A DNA stretch of 64,000 bases from Cetorhinus maximus (Eukaryota), in contig NC_135887.1 in assembly GCF_964194155.1 (NCBI RefSeq), positions 40,238,001-40,302,000 on the forward strand. The letters run 5' to 3'. Made by a program: the position numbers and the translations under genes. The notes below the pieces were generated by a model. It made no database searches and was not told the origin of the DNA. It saw only the letters and a list, made by a program, of their open reading frames with translations. Below, one piece after another: positions 47,801-59,800 of this stretch. The first letter of the stretch is position 1. Each line of letters begins with the position of its first letter.

Positions 47801-50800
47801 GGTGACATTAGCAACATACATCACCAGCAAATATCGGTGCCTTATTTGCCAGAGCCAACCATTACATTTTCTTTCCTTACAGATCCCAGAGATAAACAGA
47901 TCCATGTCCTGTGGTTCTTTTAAATGACTGGACTTCCTAACATCCAGGGCTTTCATTCAGTACTTACTGAACTGTCATTGCCTGAACAAGCAGGACAATC
48001 CAAGCCTCCAGCACCATCTTAAACTGTTACATTCTATGCAGCATTTCCATTATTTCCAGCAGCAACAGGATTCAAATAAGGAGCTGAAAAACATGGCTGA
48101 GAAGCCAGAAAAGACATTGTTAAGGTTTCGTAGGATATAATAGGTAGCTTCTGAAGAGTCATTATTACCTGAAACGGTAATTCTGTTTCTCTCCACAGAT
48201 GCTGTCTGACTTGCTGTGCATTTCCAGCATTTTCTATTTTTTTTTCCACATTTCCGGTATCTGTAATATTTTGCTTTAGAATAACTGATGAGTTTAGACA
48301 TGAGGTGAGAGATTGGTGTGGGCCTCCACAATGTGTTGTTGTAATGGGACTGCTCATGCTCTGATCAGCAGGCATAATGACACAGAATCCAGGAGAAGGA
48401 GCAGGCCAGGCCTGACCCAGGATTATGTTGCCACCTCTCCTGATATGACAACAGGTCTACACCAGTCTGAACTTTACCCCATTTACCTCCATTGAAGAGA
48501 CTACATGAGCCAGAAAACAAGCAAGGAATGATTGTCCAACACTAATAAAATTGCTGCAGCTTAAAATAGGGTAACTGGTGCTCGTTGAAGTTGAGAGGCA
48601 CTTGGATCCTTTTGTTGACATTGAGTGGTCAGTCACTCACAGGCTCTTGCCATGGGGCCTGAACTAAGAAGAAGCGGCAGTTTAGGTAATTGAACAGAAT
48701 GTATGTCAACTGATTAGAAACACATTTGTCTTCTTGTGAGCATAACAGTATATGCTGGGTTTAGCCAACCTTTTATTTGTGGAGCAGGTCAGAAGAGCTT
48801 TGCTGGGACTTCTGGAAGGTCTTGGTAATGTTGGACTGTTAATTTATTTCAAATGACAGGGAAGATGGTGAGAGGATGTGAAAGGAGTGGAAATTGGAAG
48901 GATTCTTGGAGTGTCAATCCAAAAACAGTAAAAACCATCTGCCAATGACTACTACATGGAATGAATCTGATCTGTTATAGATATCTTTTGTTTTTTTTTA
49001 AGTCCATGTGTAGGACCAATCGTGCGACTGTTAGCGGTTATTTCTTGGCTGGGAGGAACATGCAATGGTACACAGTGAGTAATTTTATCAATTTAGTTTA
49101 ATTTATTTGTCAACATCTCTTTAAATTATAGAAAACAATGTTACAATAAACCTGAAATCTTAGGAAACTAAAATCAATTTTAACCCATAACTTGGCCATT
49201 GTTGGACAATAGAACTCAAGTGAATGGTGAGCCACAGATTGAATATGTGAAAATTTATATGATGGTGATTGATTAATAAGTTTGAATGCAAGTGAGAATT
49301 AAACTTTATGGCTATAAAACTGTAAACAACAGTAAGTAACTTTTAAGGATGTGTAATAACCCTCACTTAGGCCTCAGTAAGATGGAAGTTGAATGGATCA
49401 AATTTTTTGAGCTGAAAGTTCACTGTGCTAACTTATTTTGGCGCGCAGCTCTTTGGAAACCTTTTATAGCTAAAAAATACTTATTTGATATCCGAGACGC
49501 CATACCTGCAGCAGAAGGTAGTTTTTTTTTTCAAAACTCACCAGGTCTCTTTCTCAAATCCTCCTCCAGGTTGGAGCCTCACTCTTTGCGAGTAATATCG
49601 GAAGCGGACACTTTGTGGGTTTGGCAGGCACAGGGGCAGCAAGTGGCTTGGCTGTTGGAGGCTTTGAGTGGAACGTAAGTGTGGTGAAATAAGTATGTTA
49701 ACACTTTGTAGCATTTTATGAATCCTGATCAGCGTGTCCTTGGGATTCCAAACTTTTCCCAAGCTGGCCCTGCTTTGTATCATCACTGGCTGGGAGGAAC
49801 ACTTGACATTTGAAGCTTGACACACTAAGATGTGTATTCACCTAATGGATGACACTATATTGCATTTATAATCCTAATTAACCCCTAAGTTTTTTAAACA
49901 ACCTTATTCACTGGCTGAGCCACCTTTAAGAATTTGTGTCTATGGAGACCAAGGTCTCTCTGCTCATCTACACATTTCAAAATCATGCCATTTATAATAT
50001 ACTGTCTTTCCAAGTTAGTCCTCCCAAAGTGCAATCACTTCACACTTCTCCATAAACTCCATCTGCTATGCTTGTGTCTATTTCACCATTCAGTCTATGC
50101 CACCCTGAACCCTATAACTATCATCATTACTATTACTACTTCATCAAGCTTCATATTAAATATCATAGCAAACTTTATAATGCTGCTCCCTACATCAGAG
50201 TTTAGATCAGTTATAAAAATTAAAAAGAGTAAAGGGCCCAAAACTGACCCTTACAACATCACTGTTCCCAAGCTCCCAGGAATATGAATATTACTTCTTT
50301 CAGACTACCAGTAATCAAACACATTAATAGCCCCAAACCCCAGGATTCTGACATATTACTGCTTGCATTCCTCAGTGACTAGGTATGTTATAGCCCCCAG
50401 ATCTACAGCAATTAGGCACACTACAATCTTTGGATTCCTAAGGATCAGTTGTAGAACCTGTCCCTAGTCTCCCAGAGATCTCAATATTACTGGTGCTTTA
50501 CTGTCCCTGGACCCTCAGGGATCAAATTCATATTTCCCACATGCAAGCATATCAATTGGATGAGATACATTTGATGAAATTTGATTTAAGTTTGTCATTT
50601 TGTAGCTGATACCTATCTCACTTTCAGCTTTTATTCTCCCCCTCAATATCAGCACCCTTTCTCTATTTTATCAGTATTCCTGTGGTCAGTGATCCTCTGA
50701 ACTTGATCTTCTGTCTTCATAAGATTCAAAACTGTTCATACCGCCCTGCATCTTCACATGCTTGAAGTCAAGACTCATTGCTTTTCTCCTACCCTAATTC

Positions 50801-53800
50801 ATACTTTACCAGGAATCATCACATTCCTCACTCTTCCTTTCATTTTGCAATGTACAGACTTTTAAAAACCCAAGAATGGTATCACCTGACTGCTGTAGTT
50901 CCTTATATACCTTATCATCTCTTATGCCCATTTCAACTTTGGTTCTGTCTCATATTCTACGTCCCTAACCTGGATCTCACAATAACAAATGAAGAAATAA
51001 TTTACCCTGGATAACTTTGAGATTTATTTCCCACAGGCCCTGTTTGTTGTGTTACTCCTGGGTTGGCTCTTTGTCCCAGTCTATTTGACAGCTGGGGTGA
51101 GTATGAGATTCCATTTCCATTTCCATTGAACTGTTCTGGTATTTGTATCATACAATTTCCAGATGATGAGCGGGATTATCCAACACACTCTGGCACCCAG
51201 TATCCTGGAGCTGGATTCAAACATGGGGGTCCCAGTGATGGAAGAACACTTTATCCAACACACTGTGGTATCCAGTGCCCTGCAGTTGGATTCAACCCTG
51301 GATGTCACTGGTGGAGGTAATATTGAGTTTGGGTGATAGTGTAAAATGGATGATCAGTTGTGTAAAGTGGATAATATCAATTCATCTGCCTGTTATACGT
51401 CTCTGCTGAATTTTATTTTCATTGACTTCAATCACTACCACCCATTGTACACTATCAGCCAAAGTCAAAATGATTCCCAGTGTATCAAACATAATGTGAC
51501 AACCAGTTCCAATTAATGTCTCCAGGAACATTTTTATCTGTCAAACCTTTGTAAACAAATATTGGCCTAAGCGGATTCAGCATCTATTTAAGCAGAGGAA
51601 ACTTGTAGATGAAAATATTTGCCCATTATTTGACTTCTTGTGTCCTTTCCCAGGTCATCACTATGCCCCAATACCTAATGAAAAGGTTTGGAGGAAACCG
51701 AATCAGACTCTACCTCTCCCTCATCTCTCTCTTTCTATACATATTTACCAAGATCTCAGTGAGTATCTTCTCATAATCATCACTTCATTCAACTTTTTAT
51801 TGACTCTCTCTTTGAAGGGTACTAAAGGTGAGATCTACTCCTTAACAGATGTTCTTATGGTGAAATTTCTTCTTTATGGGTAAACTATGTCTATAAAGGG
51901 TCCTTGATGGCCAGGCACTCTCTTTAATAGTCTAGATGAGAAATTTTAAGAGATCTTAATGGCCATTCTGTCTTTTTATTGATCGCCGATGATTAGACCC
52001 CCCTCTTCAGTTGGATTTCACTGTCATTGATATTTATTCATAAACTTTTATCTGATTGCCTGGTAGGTGGACATGTTCTCTGGAGCAGTCTTTATCCAAC
52101 AAGCTCTGGGATGGAACATCTATGTTGCAGTAATTGCCTTGCTGATTATTACCTGTATCTACACTGTTACAGGTAGGCAGTCACTTGAGAAATTGAGAAG
52201 GAGAAAATTGGAAAAATTAACCATATGTAGCTGGAAGAAACCATAGCTTCAATGGTCTGTGCTCAGTCAGCTGTTGTACCCAGTGTAGAACTAAACCCCA
52301 CAAGTAGGAAAGCCAGCTTCCACCTCTGGTCTGTGCTGGCTTAGCTGATCTCACCCAGGGTAGAATTAAACCCCACAAGCAGCAAGGTACTATCTCTAGC
52401 CTGTGGTTAGGTAGCTAATCACAGTTGGGTTAGCAAGAGAACTGCTAAAATTGCCCATGAATTAGGAGAATAAAAAACCTGAGGTTCCTGCTTTTGATTA
52501 TATTCAGTGATGCTTGTTGCAATGTTTCATTTGTGTGGACATCAGGTGTGATCAGGATCAGACACAGCTTGATTGCAACCTCTCCATGCCATGAACATGT
52601 CATGCAGCGCATGCTGTCTAGAGTTATTACGTGTCTATCTTGCAAGGAAATTGTGGGCCTTACAGGCTCCCTCATAAGGGCTAATCCCCCATTGGATAAG
52701 AGTCCCAGCATCTGCTTTCTCCCACTCCTGGATCAGTTGCCACCAATCAGAAGGCCCTTGTATTTGTAAATCTTCACTGGCTCAAAATATAAAAGACCTT
52801 TTTACTTGATTCCGGAGAGTAATCTGGATTTACTCTTCACTCACTAGGTTGAGATTTACATAGTCAAAGTTTAGAAATCTACCGACCAATCAAAGTTATT
52901 GAGGAACTGGCTTAGTAGAAGCAAAGATGCTTACAAAGTGGGTTATGGCAAGGCCATTACTGTGAACATTTTTGAAGCTTACTTTCTAACTGAGGCCTTG
53001 TAACTCTTTCGAGTTATCAACAGATCACATGTAACTCTTTCGAGTACATTCACAGTTCTTGGTTTCCGGGAGTGGGACATGAACCCACAACCTTCTGATT
53101 CAAAGGCGAGGACTGAGGCCTTGTAACTCTTTCGAGTTATCAACAGTCACAGATTGTAACTCTTTCGAGTACATTCACAGTTCTTGGTTTCCGGGAGTGG
53201 GACATGAACCCACAACCTTCTGATTCAAAGGCGAGGACTGAGGCCTTGTACCTGACTACTTGAGACCCACCAACTAATTGAAGCCAAATAGTTAATTAAG
53301 GCTTGTTTAGCCCTGCCAACAAAATCAGGCCTAATTTCCTCAATTCAAGACAGCATTAATTCAGGTTACTGTAATTTAGGAACATTGTATTTCCATCCCC
53401 TCCCAGTGTTATTGTGAGCTTTTGGCAGCATTGACGTTACATGTGGAAGAAGAAACTAGATATAGGAGGAACATTCCCATATTTTAGAATATCCCTGTGC
53501 CCAACAAGTGGACAACACTGCTGAGTTCTTTCCAAAACAACAATCTGTTCCGGTCGATAAACTAACATGTTAAGCAATGTCTTTGATACGATGTTCCTCT
53601 TTTAATTTTTAGCTTATGCTGACAGTAGTGCTAAGCAGCTGGGCAATTAAAATTCCTCAATCATGTTTTGTTGTAATTATTCTTGAGGCCTTTGACTCTT
53701 CTGCTCTGTAAATTTTTACAGGGTCGGTTGGAACATTTTGGAATATCAATTGACAATGCCCTTGCTCTAGTATTAACCATGTGCTTCCCCATTCTAGTAA

Positions 53801-56800
53801 TAAAATTACATTTTTAACCCTTACACTGTGGGAATATCTGAAGAAACTCTGATTATTCAGTTTTATTCCTTTTCAGCATGCCATTATGACCTTGAATGAA
53901 CATCAGTACTGCAGCAATAATTCCATGTAAACTTTAGGAAAATTGTTCTAAAATCAGATTCTCCCACATTCATCCCCACCCATACTATTGTAGCCTGTAC
54001 TATTGTAGGTGCTGACTCTGTGTATATTAGGAATAGAATACAAAGGGGGAGAAGTCATGCTTCAGCTACACAAGGCTGTAGTTGGACCACACCTGGAGCA
54101 CTGAGAACATTTCTAGGAACCACACCTTCGGAAGGATATTGGCCTTGGAGGGAGTGCAGTGTAGGTTTACCAGGATGATAACTGGACTCCAAAGGTTAAT
54201 CTATGAGGAGAGATTAAGCTAACTGGAGTTAGCCAAGAATTTAGAAAGTTATGGGTGATTTGATCAAAATATCCAACATATTAAGAGGAAAAGGTGGGGT
54301 AGCTTGGAAGAAACTATTTCTGCTAGTTAGGAAGTCTAGGGCACGATCGAAAAATTAGAGTCAGACCTTTCAGTAATGAAAACAGGAAATACTTCTACAT
54401 GCAAAGGATAGTAGAAGCTTGGAACTCTGCAAATGGCAATTGATGTTCGGTCAATTGTTAATTTTAAAACTGAGGTTGAAAGTTTTTTTTGTTAGCTGAA
54501 GATATGTAGGGATATGGCACAGAGGCGGGTGTATGGAGTTAAGTCGCAGATCAGTCATGATCTCAACAAAATGGCCTCCTCTTGTCCTATATTCCACTGA
54601 TGTGGGGACCATACCTCAAAAGGCCATTCTCCATGAACTCAGACAGTGAGTATCAGCAGGTAATTGTACCAGAGGGTACCTCACAGCTGAGTCCGACCCT
54701 ATTCTCCCCCAACATTCTCACAGATTTTAATGAAGCTACCGCATGCTTCATTGATCTGTAGCAAGGATAAAACTTTCCTGATGTTATATGCAGATGAGCT
54801 CAGTGCATCAAGTGGAGACCCTGGTCATTGCACATCATGGAAGACTGACCTCAGTGCCTGCACATAGGTGTAACATTCATTGAGCATCATTCTTTTCATA
54901 GCAGGCACTGTGAAATCTGAGTCTGCTGCTTCTTAGGCCAAAGGAAGCTATCACTGCAGCCTTTACTGTGAACGGCCAAATCCTTATCCATCCCCCATTC
55001 CTCCAGCTCCCTCATTCACTGTGATTCAACTGGGACAATTTCTTCACCTCCACTGTGTAGATTCCACAAGATGAAAGTCTCTGAGCTGCAGCATAGAGCA
55101 AAAAAAGCTGATCGATGAGGGGATGTAATTTTTGTGGGGGGAGGAATGGTAGGACACTGGAGAGATTGCTGCTGAGTTAGTTGCCCTTGCCCAGTTGGGT
55201 AAAATTTTGTAGAGCAAGGGGTAGGGTAACTGTCATCACCGTCCCCTAGAAACGCATAAAGACTTTTTTCCACTTCCTTCACCGCATTGTCATCATTGTC
55301 CTCCTCTTCCACCACATTTGACTGTGGGAGACCTGCAGATGAAAAGGACATGAGGATGTACAGCATTCAGACAGGCAGCCAACCAGGAGTTCAGTGTCAG
55401 CTAGGCCCCTTAAAATACTTTATTACGAACAGATACTGCTTATCTCCTAATCATCTGCTACTGGCACTGTCCTAGCAACCTCAGCTTCTCATGGAGCTCG
55501 ATTGCCTGCTCCTCAAAATCAGTTGCCCCAGATCCTCCCACCTGTGAACTGTCTGCCTCAGTCATTATGAGCCAGTTTCTCCTGAAACAATATTAACAGC
55601 GACATGTAAAGATAAGTATCTGAAGGGAATCTCCAACATGGCAGCAGACAGCTGATGTAACAAATGCTAGAAGGACTGGACAATGTGTGAGAGATTGGAG
55701 GAGTAAGTCTGCTTGTGATCGATACCTCAATAATTCAAGGTAGAAGAAGAGATTTATTGAATCATGGTGCAGTATGAAATAAGACTTAGCATCCTCTTTA
55801 AGAACTGAAGGTGATGAGTAGAGGGATCCCATAGTGCTAAAGTGAAAAGGCTTGTTTCCATGCAATGCTGACTTTTTTTTATTAATTCATGGGATATGGA
55901 CATTGCTGGCTAGGCCAGCATTTATTACCCATCCCAAATTGCCCTTGAGAAGGTGGTAGTGAGCCGCCTCCTTGAACCGCTGCGGGCCATGTGGTGTAGG
56001 TATACCCACTGTGCTGTTAGGAAGGGAGTTCCAGGATTTTGACCCAGCGACAGTGAAGGAACTGCTTCTTTCTGATTGATTGGTTCTAGGAGGCCTGGCC
56101 GCACTGATGTACACGGACACAATACAGACATTTGTGATCATCGCTGGAGCTTTTGTACTGATGGGATACTGTAAGTGAGTCGCTCTTTGTACCTTCCAAA
56201 CAAGAAAGATTTAAAATCTTCCCCATGTCCCCTTGATGCCTCACTGAGTTTAAACTGTTACTGAGCCATACAGAGCAGGAAGGGCCCAGATTACGTACCA
56301 ATAAGGGCTGACTTGGCTGATCTTATCCAGGACAGGGGATTGGCGTGTTTGGAGCGTTGTGCCTATAGCTTTGGGAAGAAGGAAATCAGCCAGTGCTTGC
56401 ACCCCTAATCAATATCCAGGAACCTCTCCTGTAAAGTGCACGTGTGTGGATGTTGGTTGCAAGCTGATTGGTAATATTATCTGCAATTGAGTACCCTGCT
56501 GACACTATCAGGACCTCTATTGGAACTTGGGTGAGGCATCAGAGGGTGTCTAGTTTTCCTTGGAGCCTGTATCCAGAAAGAGTCAGCAGCTTGAGATAAG
56601 GATGTGAGGAAACTGAAAGAAGAGGACAAAGCCCTATTGCTCCACAAATGGTGCACATGAGCCCATCTACGTCGACACAACAAAAACACTATTACTCACT
56701 TTAATCATTTTTGTTTGGGACCATTAATGCTTGTCATGGTTCAGGATGCTTTGGGCCCTTTCCCACAGAATAGTATTAGATTTGAAGAGTTTTTAATATG

Positions 56801-59800
56801 CATTCTGGACAAAAGTTGACTAAAATCAAGTCACCTTTCAGCAGAGCCCCATGTTAACTGTTGGATGCATAGGCAGATAAGAGACATTTAAGATGCAGTA
56901 TGGCTAGTTGTTTTTGTACAGATGCCAAGCAATGGCCAATTCATTAATAATGTCTGACCATTCAGGAAGGCATCTAACACTTGGATGCTGACAAAACTGT
57001 TTTGATCTCTGCTTGTGTTTGAAGAAAAGTTTTTGGGCACCAACAATAGGAGGCAATGAAGTCCCAGAGAGGTTGCGAAAAGAGATAACTTCTGACCTAA
57101 TGTTCAAGACATGTAGCAGTCTATCGCTTTAAGTTAAACAACCAACGCCAACACAGGTTAATAGGTATTTTGTAACAGTACAGAAACAGAAAGTATATTG
57201 ATTGTACCAAGTATCTCTCATCATACTCAGTGTTATGTATGTTTTGCCTAATGCGAAATAAAGCAGCTTACAATGGAACTGAACACCATCTCTCCTAGCA
57301 TTAACACTGTCCGCCTTCAGAGTGATTAAAGGAGTGAACATGCTTAAGACATGGAGAATCAGAACACAAGCACATTTTGTTGCTAAAATCCTGGGTTTAA
57401 TAGATAACAGGCAGTGGGAGTCAAAATCCATTAGTAGTAAGTTACCAGACTGCTTAGGGAAGGAGCTGATGCCTTTAAACCCAAGTGGGAATGGATAGTA
57501 AATGGGATGAAGGATAGGAAACAAATACCCTTTAAGAGATTTATGTTGTAGTGGGGGAAGCTGCTGAGTGGGTGCCATGGAACTCAGTGTTGGAATCATT
57601 ACAATTATTAATTTACACAACTGGTGTATATTCAGAAACTTAATACAAAGTGATCAAATTTGCAGATTATCTCAAACTAGACAGGGCAGTGGAATCAAAA
57701 GAGGCAGTTCAGAAATTGCAAACTGAACTGAACAATATGTGTAAGTAGGCAGAACAATGGCAGATTAAATTTAATGCTGACAAGTGTAAAGTGATGCAAA
57801 AAAATAGATGATATACATACTGTGTGGATCGTGCTGAAATATCTAAGGATAAAACTGAAAGAAATCTGGGAGTCATAGTAGATTTGAAATTCAGACATAA
57901 ACAACCAATAAAGAGTAGCATTCAACAAAACCATATATAGCTTAAACAGTGGAATGTCAGTCAAGGTCATCATGATCAAACCATATGCTGAAGATTCTGT
58001 CCAGTTCTGGTTGCCAAAAACAAAAGAGCTATTTAGGCGCTGGAGGCAGTGTAGGAAAGAGTTATGAGGGTAATCCCTAGTCAGAGAGCTCTGAGTTATA
58101 AGGAAAGACTAGAAAAATTCGACCATTAACCTGTGGATTTCCATTCCATCTTCCATAGCTTTCCATGAAGTCGGGGGCTACCAGGCTTTATTTGCCAGGT
58201 ACAAAGATGCTGTGCCAAGCCTTCGTGATTCAATGAATCCACTCCACTATAACATCTCTGACAAATGCTACCTCCCTCGTGCTGACTCATACAACCTCCT
58301 GCGAGATGCCGTCAGTGGTGATTTACCCTGGCCAGGATTAATCTTTGGCATTACCATCATTGGAGTTTGGTTCTGGTGTAGTGATCAGGTAGGCTGGTGA
58401 TTGACCGTTGATCCACAGCTCTTGAGAATGACTTTTCTTTAAAAAAAAAACACAAATGAGAGTCCATGGCTTGAATTTCTCGCTCGTCGGGCGCGCAAGA
58501 TCGGCAGGCCCGGGAGCGGACAGGAAACGGACTCCCAACCGCGATCGCCCCCTGACTGCAATTTCACACTGGCTGGCCAATTAATGACCAGCCAGCGTAA
58601 AACACGCGCTGAGAAAGGTTCAGCACTGCCGTAGGGGCGGGTCACCGCGGGTGCTAGTGAGCGTTTCCTGGGAGCTCCCTTAAGGTAGACAGCTGCCTCA
58701 GGGAGCTGCAGACCTCCACAGAATAAATGAAACAACAAAAATGCTGCAAAATATGTCCATACAGCACAATCAAGCATCTGAAAGGGTACCTCATGAAAAA
58801 ACAGTCCCCAGATATCTCTTTTTATCTTATTCCCCCACGGAGATTTCATCCCACCCTGGATCGAGATTTGAGCAAAAATGTAAAGGCCGTCTGCCCAATT
58901 GGCCCGTTGGCCAACCATAAAAGTGGACGGGCCACAAAAATCGCTTTCAATTGCCTTCTTAATGGGCTTAATTGTCAGTGGGCGCGCTTCCGACTGCCAC
59001 GCACACCCGCCAATCTGTAGATTGCTCGTGTGCGGGATGACGTCAGAACGCTCACCCCCAACGTCATCTTGCACTATTTCACATCTGCTCGGGTCGTGCA
59101 CAAGCGCGCCCACGAGGTGTAAGATTCTGCCCCATGTGTTAGTTACACTGCCCTTTCACCTCTGCAACGTAGATTTGAATCCAGCCTCAGGGAACGACAC
59201 ACATATTACAGTTTGCATTGGGTACACTGTTCTTTCAGCTCCAGAATGATGGAATAAAAGTTTCCATTCTCTGCTGGCTGAGTGTAGCATTGGGCTTTAC
59301 AGAGACTAGGCTGATACTGTAACAAATATCAAATGCCCATCCAGGCTTTATAAAATGAAAGGATATCTGAGAGGGACTGATCAGACACTGTTACAGTTTT
59401 GAGGTTTTTAAGGTCATTATGTTTTGCTACTATGTCTTTATTTTAATGTAAAACAAGTCATGTTACCTGTTCTGAAGTCTGTCTGACAGCAAGCCTGGGT
59501 GGTTTAATTTTTTGAGATTAAAGGGGCTCAGATTGTTTTACAGGGAATAAAGTGCAATGTGTTTACACTTGGAGACAATGACAATGTTTGTTAACAGTGG
59601 ATTGGCTATGAGTCTCCAAAGCCCCAGAAAAACATTGAGAATGTTAAGTTGTAAACAATTGTGCAACAGTCCATTGACTTCAAGATAATAGAGTTGGGGT
59701 CTCAAGGATAGCTAATCAACATTTCTACCTGGGTACAAAGCCCATGTGATTCACGTTGTCATGGAGATGGGCTTTGGGAGGGGAAGGATCTAAGATATTC

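Noticed and set aside
29403-56061. The tail-less LINE copy (ending at 29403) and the tail-only fragment (55872-56061) as two halves of one split element
   Set aside because: The breakpoints nearly coincide (TGAAGGA), but their order on the minus strand is inconsistent with a simple split, and intact slc5a2 exons lie between them. Independent truncations are more likely.
58439-59113. 224-aa minus-strand ORF, and similar GC-rich ORFs at 3534-4197 and 42341-43495
   Set aside because: They lie within GC-rich Harbinger MITEs and show no recognisable domain.
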